The notes beneath the pieces were generated by a model. It was given only the letters and a program-made list of their open reading frames with translations, did not search any database and was not told the origin of the DNA. Below are positions 56,983-64,000 of a DNA stretch of 64,000 nucleotides, one piece after another. The stretch comes from Deltaproteobacteria bacterium (GTDB lineage Bacteria > Myxococcota > JACRCW01). The DNA lies in assembly GCA_016218805.1 (NCBI GenBank), contig JACRCW010000031.1, positions 1 to 64,000 on the forward strand, given 5' to 3'. The first letter of the stretch is position 1, and each line of letters opens with the position of its first letter. A program made the position numbers and the translations under genes.

Positions 56983-57351
56983 TCAGAACTTCTGGTAGGA
57001 CTGCGCCACCGTCCACTTGAAGCGCATGGGCTTGGTCTTGCCGGTGCCGTAGAACACCGCCACGTTGATGTACTCGCAGTTGACCTTGGCCCCGTCCACG
57101 GTCTCACCCTCCACGTAGATGCAGGAGTCCTCCGGGAGTTCCTTGCCCAGGATCACCGCGGACTGCTTCTTGAACGTCTCGTACGCCCGCATCCGGTAGC
57201 TCTTCTCGCGGCTGACGGCGATCCATTCGCGCGCGGCCTGCTTGAGCTGGAAGTTGCCCCACCAGATGGGGATGAAGATGAACCCGAAGTACAACCCCAC
57301 CAGCGCGAGGAACATCACGATGTACGTGGCGGTCTTGTTGGCGGCGACCAT
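56983..57351 (-). CDS. Small single-TM protein (DUF4845/pilin-like)
   Basis: N-terminal TM segment followed by [14 protein letters not shown] and a Cys pair. Confidence 0.55.
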   Translation of the reverse strand: MVAANKTATYIVMFLALVGLYFGFIFIPIWWGNFQLKQAAREWIAVSREKSYRMRAYETFKKQSAVILGKELPEDSCIYVEGETVDGAKVNCEYINVAVFYGTGKTKPMRFKWTVAQSYQKF

Positions 57352-57492
57352 GCGTTCAACCCCTGCTCCACCTCGGAGCGGCCCCGGTTGCCGGTTGCAG
57401 GTACCGCGCGCATTGCGCCGCCGTCAAAGGTGACTCCGCGCGCCTCCGTGCTTGACGCGCGCGTGCGGTGGGTGTCCAACGTCGTCCCGCGC

Positions 57493-58377
57493 ATGTGGCT
57501 CGCTCTCCTACCCGCCGCGTGGCTCCTGCTGCAGGCGGCCGTGCCGCCGGCGGTGCAGGAGCTGATGGATGACGCGGAGTACCAGAAGGCCCGCCGCCAG
57601 GTGGACCGCCTGTTGCGCAACAGCCGCCTGTCCGCAGATGACCGCGTGGCGCTGTACGCCGCGCACGCGTTCTGTGACGTGTCCCTGGGGGATGACGCCA
57701 CGGCCCAGCAATCCTTCCAGAAGCTGCTGACCCTCAAGCCCGGGTACCGAGCGGACCCCAACACCACCAGCCCCACCGTGCTGGAGGTGTTCACCCTGGT
57801 GCGCGCCCGCATGGCCGAACAGGGCGCGCTGGACCAGGCCTACGGCCCGGAGTTCCAGCCGCTGCCGGACGTGTCCCTGGGTGAGGCGGTGGACGTTCGC
57901 GTGGCCTTCCGCGCCCCCGCCGCCGCGGAGCTGGACCGCGCCTTCATCCGCTACCGGCGCGTGGGCGAGGCCAGCTTTGAAAGCGCCGAGCTGCCGCGCG
58001 CGGAGGGCGGCGGTGCGGTGTTTGCGGGGGCGGTCCCGGCCACGTTCCTGCAGGCGGATGATGACTTTGCCGTGGAGTACCACCTGGAGGCGGTGAACGC
58101 GGCGGGTGAACGTCTCACCGGCGTGGGAACCGCGGACCTCCCGCTGCAGTTCCGCGTGGATTCGCCCAAGACCCTGGCGGTGGCGGCCGAGCCGCCGCGC
58201 CGCGGGGGCGCGGACACCGGGAAGAAGGTGGCCGGGCTGGTGGTGCCGTGGGTGGTGGGCGCGGTGGCGGTGCTGGCGGTGGCGTGGGTGGCCGGGTCCA
58301 TCCTGGTGCTCACGGCCATCCAGCCGGGCGCCAGCCACCTGTTTGTCCGCCTGGGAAAACCCCAGCAGGGGAAGTGA
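57493..58377 (+). CDS. Exported TPR-like protein with a C-terminal TM anchor
   Basis: Signal peptide, helical TPR-like segment, beta-rich domain (YRRVG...VEYHLEA) and a C-terminal hydrophobic helix. Confidence 0.65.
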   Translation: MWLALLPAAWLLLQAAVPPAVQELMDDAEYQKARRQVDRLLRNSRLSADDRVALYAAHAFCDVSLGDDATAQQSFQKLLTLKPGYRADPNTTSPTVLEVFTLVRARMAEQGALDQAYGPEFQPLPDVSLGEAVDVRVAFRAPAAAELDRAFIRYRRVGEASFESAELPRAEGGGAVFAGAVPATFLQADDDFAVEYHLEAVNAAGERLTGVGTADLPLQFRVDSPKTLAVAAEPPRRGGADTGKKVAGLVVPWVVGAVAVLAVAWVAGSILVLTAIQPGASHLFVRLGKPQQGK

Positions 58378-58381
58378 GGCG

Positions 58382-58831
58382 TCAGCCCACCGTGGGCTCC
58401 ACCTGGCCGCCCTTGCGGGCGCCGGCGGCCACCTCGGCAATGTACGTTTGCAGCAGCTCGCGGTCCTTGTCGTGCATGGAGAGGAAGCGCAGACCCATCC
58501 CAAACTCCGCGCGATCTTTGGCGCTCACCACCAGCGCGTGCGCCTCAATGATGCGCTCCTGGCCTGGCACGCTGAACTTCAGCGTCACCTCGGTGCCGGG
58601 ACGGTGCGGGATGGTGTTCTCAAAGTACACCCCCCCCAGAGACAGGTTGCCCACGCGGCGGAAGTAGAGATCCTCGCCGTGCTCCTCCTCCATCCACAGG
58701 TCAATGGGCGCGCGCACACCGGCGCGCCGTTCGGTCTTGCGGCGGTCCGCACCGGCACGACGCTCGCCGCGCGCAGGCCGCTGCTGCTGCTGGCGGCGCT
58801 CCACGTGGCGCCGGTCGGTCTTGGCAGTCAT
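58382..58831 (-). CDS. PilZ domain protein
   Basis: RRAGVR (RxxxR), NLSLGG ([D/N]xSxxG) and GMGLRF motifs. Confidence 0.88.
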   Translation of the reverse strand: MTAKTDRRHVERRQQQQRPARGERRAGADRRKTERRAGVRAPIDLWMEEEHGEDLYFRRVGNLSLGGVYFENTIPHRPGTEVTLKFSVPGQERIIEAHALVVSAKDRAEFGMGLRFLSMHDKDRELLQTYIAEVAAGARKGGQVEPTVG

Positions 58832-59018
58832 GCGCCCATACTGCCAACAAACCCCCGGTGCCGCCAAGTCCGCGGCGCGGCGTCGCTGCCGGCCGACGAC
58901 GTGGCATCCCGCAAGCAAGCCCGTTGTACGGGCGGGCCGTCCCTCCCGTTCCCTGCACGCGGTGCCGGGACTGGGGACCTCGGCGCCAGCGTTGCGCATT
59001 CCGCCCCTGGAGGTGCCC

Positions 59019-59474
59019 ATGCGTGCCCAATCCGCCATGACCCGGGACGTGACCTGCATTGCCCCGGCTGATGACCTGGACGCCGCGTGGGCGCTCATGG
59101 TCCGCTTGGCCATCCGGCACCTGCCCGTGCTGGACGGCGAGACCCTGGTGGGGATCCTCTCGGACCGGGACGTCCTGGTCCACGCCCAGCTGGATGAAGA
59201 GGACGCGCTGGAGGTCCCGGCCATCCCGGTCAGCTCCGCCATGACGGCCCGTCCGGTCACCTGCACACCGGAGGCGCGCGTCTCGGAGGTGGCCGGACTC
59301 ATGCTGGACCACAAGATTGACTGTCTCCCCGTGGTGGATGAGCACGGCAACATGGTGGGCCTGATCACCTCGTCGGACCTGCTGGAGCTGCTGCGGACGC
59401 GCGAGGAAGCGGGCGACCGGGCGCTTCCCTTCCGCTGGCGCGTGCACCCCAATGCGCTGCGCACTGTGGCGTGA
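59019..59474 (+). CDS. Tandem CBS domain protein
   Basis: IRHLPVLD..LVGILSDRD and IDCLPVVD..VGLITSSD; GGAGG ribosome-binding site. Confidence 0.9.
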   Translation: MRAQSAMTRDVTCIAPADDLDAAWALMVRLAIRHLPVLDGETLVGILSDRDVLVHAQLDEEDALEVPAIPVSSAMTARPVTCTPEARVSEVAGLMLDHKIDCLPVVDEHGNMVGLITSSDLLELLRTREEAGDRALPFRWRVHPNALRTVA

Positions 59475-59590
59475 CCCGTTTGTAGTTGTTACGCGGTCCG
59501 CGGCCGGCCCGGCGGGCCGGGTTGGCCGGCGGCGCCAGCCGGGATAGCGTCCCGCCTCCGCCCGCGGGCGGAGGATGGAGGAACGCCGGC

Positions 59591-60940
59591 ATGTCAGTCA
59601 CCGTGTCACGCGGACAGAGCCTGTGGGCCATTGCCCGGGAGCATCTCCCTGAGGGCGCCACGCGGGCGCAGGTGCAGGCCGCCGTGCGCGACCTGGCCCA
59701 GGCCAACGGGTTGGACGCCACGTCCAAGCTGCGCGCCGGGCAGGCGCTGGCGCTTCCTGCCTCCTTCACGGGCACGCTGGCGGGCAACCCCACCACGTCT
59801 GACGCCCTGCCCCGCCTGGCCGCGGGCCCCGCCCCCGCCTCGCGCACCCCCCTGGCCACGCGCGCCGCGCAGCTGGCGCAGCCCAGGCCGCTGCTGGCCC
59901 TGGAGCCGTCCTTCTGTGCGGCCACGCGCGTGGATGAGGGCGCGGTGGCCCTGGGCCCCATCGCCGGCGTGCCCGTCACCGCGGTGGCGCAGCGGTTTGA
60001 CGGGATGAAGAGCTCCATCGGGCCGGACTCGCTCCGGACGGTGGACGTGCGGCTGGGGACGCTCACGCAGGCGCAGTTTGACGCCGTGAAAACGTCCTTT
60101 GGAGGACTTACGAGCGTGACGTTTGACCCGGCACGCAAGTACTCCGCCGTGGACTTCCTCCCGCCCGCGCTGCAGGCGCTGTGCGGCAAGGACCTGGACC
60201 TCCCCACCGACGTGAAACTCAAGGGGACCAAGAAGATTGGCGAGATCAACATGAATCCCGCGGACCACACCATTGGGCTCACCATGAACTGCCACGCCAC
60301 CGCGTGGGAGGCCGCGCGCGCGTTCCAGGGCGCCAACACGGACGCGGTGTCCATCTTCTACGGCGAAATGGTCGTCATGGACGGCCTGGTGGAGGAAGGC
60401 GCGGACTTCAAGCACCTGGGCGAGGTACCGGCGGAGAAGAAGGAGGACCTCCTCAAGCTGGACCTGAAACCCGGTGACATTGTCCAGTTTGACGAGGTCA
60501 GCGACTGGGCCCGCATGACCATGCTGCTGCATTCGGCGGTGTACGTGGGCAACGGGCTGTTCTTTGAGAAGCCCAACACGGAAGGCGCGGAGAAGGAGGA
60601 CGCCGCCCACTACGTGCACCAGGATGAGACGCCCTTCCGCCTGGTCACGCTGGACATGATGACCGCGCCCATCTCACAGGCGGTGGACGGGAAGTACAAG
60701 ATGACGGCGTGGCGGCCGCTCACCGCCATGAAGGAGCCGCGGGACGCGTTTGAATCCGCGCTGGAGGGGGACTTCCGGAAGTACGCCAAGGGGCGTGGCG
60801 CCGCACTGAACCTGGAGCTGGTCAGCATGTTGGAGCAGGGCATGGCCGGCAACATCCGCGGGGAGTACGCCAGCGCCCTGGTCACCGTGGGACTGGCGCA
60901 GAATCCAGACGGGACCACCAGGCTGGCCCCGCGCGGCTGA
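59591..60940 (+). CDS. LysM domain + NlpC/P60-like (papain-fold) protein
   Basis: LysM VTVSRGQSLWAIA...ANGL...LRAGQALALP, then NCH, LKPGDIVQF and HSAVYVGNGLFFEK. Confidence 0.7.
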   Translation: MSVTVSRGQSLWAIAREHLPEGATRAQVQAAVRDLAQANGLDATSKLRAGQALALPASFTGTLAGNPTTSDALPRLAAGPAPASRTPLATRAAQLAQPRPLLALEPSFCAATRVDEGAVALGPIAGVPVTAVAQRFDGMKSSIGPDSLRTVDVRLGTLTQAQFDAVKTSFGGLTSVTFDPARKYSAVDFLPPALQALCGKDLDLPTDVKLKGTKKIGEINMNPADHTIGLTMNCHATAWEAARAFQGANTDAVSIFYGEMVVMDGLVEEGADFKHLGEVPAEKKEDLLKLDLKPGDIVQFDEVSDWARMTMLLHSAVYVGNGLFFEKPNTEGAEKEDAAHYVHQDETPFRLVTLDMMTAPISQAVDGKYKMTAWRPLTAMKEPRDAFESALEGDFRKYAKGRGAALNLELVSMLEQGMAGNIRGEYASALVTVGLAQNPDGTTRLAPRG

Positions 60941-60998
60941 CGGCGCTGGCTGCAGCGCGGCCAATGACGTCGTTCACCGGTTGCGTTATGGATGGGCC

Positions 60999-61904
60999 AT
61001 GGCTGCCCGCCCCACCCGCCGTCTCACCCGGGAATCCATGGAGACGACGCTGGCCTCCACGGCCAGTGAGCCCCGGGTACCGTGCGTGACGGTGCTGAGC
61101 GGACCGGTGGCGGGGTTCACCGCCCGGCTCCCGGATGGCCGTCAGGTGGTGGGCCGGGACCAGGGATCCTGGCTGTGCGTGGATGAGGACGGCGTGTCCC
61201 GCGCGCATCTGGCGTTCCTGGTGGAGGGAATGCGGGTCCAGGCCCAGGACCTGGGCAGCACCAACGGGACGTTCTGCAACGGCCAGCCGCTCACCACGCG
61301 CGTCCTGCAAGACGGCGATCAGCTCCGCCTGGGCGAGACCACGTGCCTCAAGTTTGAGCACAAGACGACGACGGAACACGCGCTGCTGCAACGCCAGTAC
61401 GAGGCGGCGACCCACGACGCGCTCACCGGCTGCTTCAACCGCAAGTACCTGCTGGAGCGCCTCAGCGCGGAAGTGGCGTTCACCGCGCGCCACCCGCAGC
61501 CCCTGGCCGTCCTCATGGTGGACCTGGACCATTTCAAGAACGTCAATGACCAGCACGGCCACGCCGCCGGAGACCTGGTGCTCACGCGCGTGGCGCGCAT
61601 GATGAGTTCGCTGCTGCGCCTGGGGGACGTGCTGTGCCGCTACGGCGGTGAGGAGTTTGTCATCCTGCTGCGTGAGACCACCGTGCCCAGCGCCGTGCTC
61701 GCCGCCGAGCGCCTGCGCCGCGGTGTGGAGCACCTGGGCATTCCGCACGCGGGAACGGACCTGCGCGTCACGCTCAGCATTGGCGTAACAGGAACCGACG
61801 GCACCACGCCGGTCACCGCGCAGGCACTGCTGGATTGGGCAGACCACGCCCTGTACGCGGCCAAGAACGGCGGCCGGAACCGCGTGGTGGCACACACGCC
61901 GTGA
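60999..61904 (+). CDS. FHA-domain diguanylate cyclase
   Basis: FHA motifs (VGR, VSRAH, DLGSTNGT); DALTG, DLDHFKNVNDQHGHAAGD, I-site RLGD and RYGGEEF. Confidence 0.93.
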   Translation: MAARPTRRLTRESMETTLASTASEPRVPCVTVLSGPVAGFTARLPDGRQVVGRDQGSWLCVDEDGVSRAHLAFLVEGMRVQAQDLGSTNGTFCNGQPLTTRVLQDGDQLRLGETTCLKFEHKTTTEHALLQRQYEAATHDALTGCFNRKYLLERLSAEVAFTARHPQPLAVLMVDLDHFKNVNDQHGHAAGDLVLTRVARMMSSLLRLGDVLCRYGGEEFVILLRETTVPSAVLAAERLRRGVEHLGIPHAGTDLRVTLSIGVTGTDGTTPVTAQALLDWADHALYAAKNGGRNRVVAHTP

Positions 61905-61912
61905 AACACAGA

Positions 61913-61942
61913 GGCCCCGTCGGCGTGGTCGCGGACGGGGCC
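61913..61942. terminator. Hairpin between the convergent DGC gene and tRNA
   Basis: GGCCCCGT...ACGGGGCC inverted repeat. Confidence 0.5.
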
Positions 61943-61955
61943 CCGGGGGTTTTCC

Positions 61956-62032
61956 TGGCGCGCGATGCAAGAGTCGAACTTGCGACCTACGGCTTCGGAG
62001 ACCGTCGCTCTATCCAGCTGAGCTAATCGCGC
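61956..62032 (-). tRNA. tRNA-Arg (anticodon CCG)
   Basis: Minus strand GCGCGAT-TA-GCTC..GAGC-G-ACGGT-CT-CCG-AA-GCCGT-AGGTC-GCAAG-TTCGACT-CTTGC-ATCGCGC-G-CCA forms a full cloverleaf with encoded CCA. Confidence 0.97.
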
Positions 62033-62118
62033 ACGCGGCGCGCGCGTATACACCCCGTGCGGAGGGTGCGCAACGCCGCAGCTTGCACGCCGCCCCTCCC
62101 TCTTGGAACATCCGCTCC

Positions 62119-62787
62119 ATGCTCCGCTCCGTCGCCATCCTGGTGTTGCTGGGCGCTGCCGCATGCCGTCCCGCGGCGCCCCCCAAAGACCCGCCCGCCC
62201 CGCGTGAGGGCGCCCTGCCCCCGCCCTTCAACTTTGCCGAAGCCGAGGCCGGCCTCCTGTTCTCCTACGTGGACGCTGCGGGCGCGGTGCGCAGCGCGGA
62301 CGCGCTCAAGGACGTCCCGGAGACGGCGCGCAAGAACCTGATGGTGGTGGACCTACGCAAGAGCCCGGAGGAGCGGATGGCGGACCGGTTTGTGTACTTT
62401 GCGGACGCCACCGTGAAGAACCCGGAGGGCAGCTTCACGGCGCTGCCGGTGAGCCGCTACCAGGCTCCGGCGGGAGGCGGGCCGGTGGAGAGCTTTGTCG
62501 CCGACACGCAGTCCCATGACGTGGTGGTCTACACGGCGGAATGGTGCGGCTTCTGCAAGAAGACCAAGGCGTTCCTCAAACAGAAGGGCGTCAGCTTCCG
62601 CGAACGCGACGTGGAGCGGGACCCCGGCGCGGAGCGCGAGCTGCAGGCCAAGGCAAAACGCGCGGGCGTGCGCGTGTCCGGCGTGCCGGTGACGGACTTC
62701 ATGGGCGAGCTGGTGATGGGCTTTGACCAGCCGCGGTTGGAGCGCCTCATCGCAGCGCGCGCGGCGGCACCGGCGCCGGCGCCGTGA
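62119..62787 (+). CDS. Glutaredoxin-like (NrdH-type) domain lipoprotein
   Basis: Lipobox LGAAAC; VVYTAEWCGFCKK, GVPV and GFD motifs. Confidence 0.82.
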   Translation: MLRSVAILVLLGAAACRPAAPPKDPPAPREGALPPPFNFAEAEAGLLFSYVDAAGAVRSADALKDVPETARKNLMVVDLRKSPEERMADRFVYFADATVKNPEGSFTALPVSRYQAPAGGGPVESFVADTQSHDVVVYTAEWCGFCKKTKAFLKQKGVSFRERDVERDPGAERELQAKAKRAGVRVSGVPVTDFMGELVMGFDQPRLERLIAARAAAPAPAP

Positions 62788-62791
62788 CCCG

Positions 62792-64000
62792 TCAGCGGAC
62801 CTTCTTCATCTCCGCCACAAATTCCGGCGCGGCAATGAACCCCTCCACGCGCGGGTCCTTCAGCAGGTTCCCCTGCGAGTCATAGAACACCACCGCGGGC
62901 AGCCCGACGATGCCGTAGCGCCGCCACAGGTCCGTCATCGCCTCCGTCATCTCGGTCGCATCCACCAGCGCGGGCACAAACCGCTGCGCCTCGTCGACAA
63001 ACGCGGGTTCCACGTAGGTCTTGTGCTCCAGCTCTTTGCAGGCCGCGCACCAGTCCGCACCAAAGTCGATCATCACCGGCTTGCCCAGCTCGCGGCCCGC
63101 TTTCACCGCCGCGTCGTGGTCGCGGTACCACGCCACCGTCGTGGGTTTGGGGGGCGCGTCGGCCCAGCCCACCAGCGTGACCAGGGCCAGCGTGGACAGC
63201 GCCAGGCCCGCGGCCTTGCGCACGCGCGGGGCGGTGCCCGCGTCCTTGAAGCTGAGGTGCAGCGCCCCCACCGCCACGCCCAACGCCAGCAGCGCCAGCC
63301 CGGCGGGCAGCGCCCAGGGGTGCGCGCCCACCTCGCGCATGGCGGAGGCCAGCGCCTTGACGTGCGGCTTCACCAGGTATGCGGCCGCGCCAATCATGGC
63401 CAGGCCCAGCACGCTCTTGACGGCCTCCATCCACCGCCCGCTGCGCGGCATGCGGGACAGCGCGCTGGAGAAGGTGCCCAGCACCAGGAACAACAGCCCC
63501 ATGCCCAGGCTGTAGGACGCCATGAGCACCGCGCCGCGGCCCGGCTCACCGGACTTGGAGATGAGGCTGAGGATCACCGCCAGCACGGGCCCCGTGCAGG
63601 GTGCGGCAATGACGCCGGCGGCCAGGCCCATGAGGAAGGCGCCGCGGAAGCCGGAACCGCCCACCTGGCTGAGCCGGTTCTGCACCGCGGGCGGCAGCGC
63701 CAGATCAAACGCGCCAAACATGGACGCCGCCATGGCCAGGCACAGCGCGCCAATGCCCAACACCACGGCGGGGATGGCCATCAGGCCGCCGGAGATGAAC
63801 CCCAGCGAGGCAAACGTCACGCCCAGGCCGGTGTACAGCGTGCTCATGCCCAGCACGTACGCCGCGGACAGGCCAAACGCCTGCAGGCGGCTGGTGGCCT
63901 GCCGCGCGCCGAAGATGGAGATGGTGATGGGGATGAGCGGGTAGACGCACGGGGAGAGGCTGGTCAGCAGCCCGGCCACAAAGCTCAGCCCCAGCGCCAC
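62792..64000 (-). CDS. DsbD/CcdA-family disulfide interchange protein, 5' end outside the window
   Basis: SLSPCVYPLIP and AAPCTGP TM motifs plus a thioredoxin domain (DFGADWCAACK). Confidence 0.9.
   Translation of the reverse strand: MALGLSFVAGLLTSLSPCVYPLIPITISIFGARQATSRLQAFGLSAAYVLGMSTLYTGLGVTFASLGFISGGLMAIPAVVLGIGALCLAMAASMFGAFDLALPPAVQNRLSQVGGSGFRGAFLMGLAAGVIAAPCTGPVLAVILSLISKSGEPGRGAVLMASYSLGMGLLFLVLGTFSSALSRMPRSGRWMEAVKSVLGLAMIGAAAYLVKPHVKALASAMREVGAHPWALPAGLALLALGVAVGALHLSFKDAGTAPRVRKAAGLALSTLALVTLVGWADAPPKPTTVAWYRDHDAAVKAGRELGKPVMIDFGADWCAACKELEHKTYVEPAFVDEAQRFVPALVDATEMTEAMTDLWRRYGIVGLPAVVFYDSQGNLLKDPRVEGFIAAPEFVAEMKKVR

Noticed and set aside
61956..62032. tRNA as the integration site of a genomic island
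   Set aside because: No integrase, and no duplicated tRNA 3' end seen in the window.

Overview
High-GC bacterial chromosome segment. The gene content suggests a Myxococcota-like organism (inference: Cys-rich lipoproteins, a Ser/Thr kinase-ATPase-TPR protein, an FHA-GGDEF protein, a zinc-ribbon/DUF3426-like protein and a HEAT + HD-GYP pair). The centre (25.3-43.6 kb, minus strand) is a complete, canonical 16-gene dcw cluster from mraZ to ftsZ, with MraZ-type GTGG boxes upstream. The left arm holds a stand-alone rplC, uppP, hemH, an MBL-fold/cNMP protein, a lipoprotein plus collagen-like fibre pair, several exported hydrolases, a UbiB kinase and a kinase-STAND-TPR protein carrying 45 consecutive prolines. 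The right arm holds a probable outer-membrane protein, tatA, a structured 390-nt intergenic region, PhaR-like plus patatin genes, a PfkB kinase, a HEAT plus degenerate HD-GYP pair, a DTW protein, carA, PilZ, CBS, LysM-NlpC/P60-like and FHA-GGDEF genes, tRNA-Arg(CCG), a glutaredoxin-like lipoprotein and a truncated DsbD-like gene. I saw no mobile element, prophage or CRISPR array. The best leads for undescribed biology are the fibre/lipoprotein pair, the HEAT/HD pair sharing an N-terminal domain, the poly-Pro kinase, the LysM-papain-fold protein, the structured intergenic RNA candidate and strong TCGA depletion. All calls come from manual motif reading with no database searches, and start codons were adjusted by eye from the ORF track.
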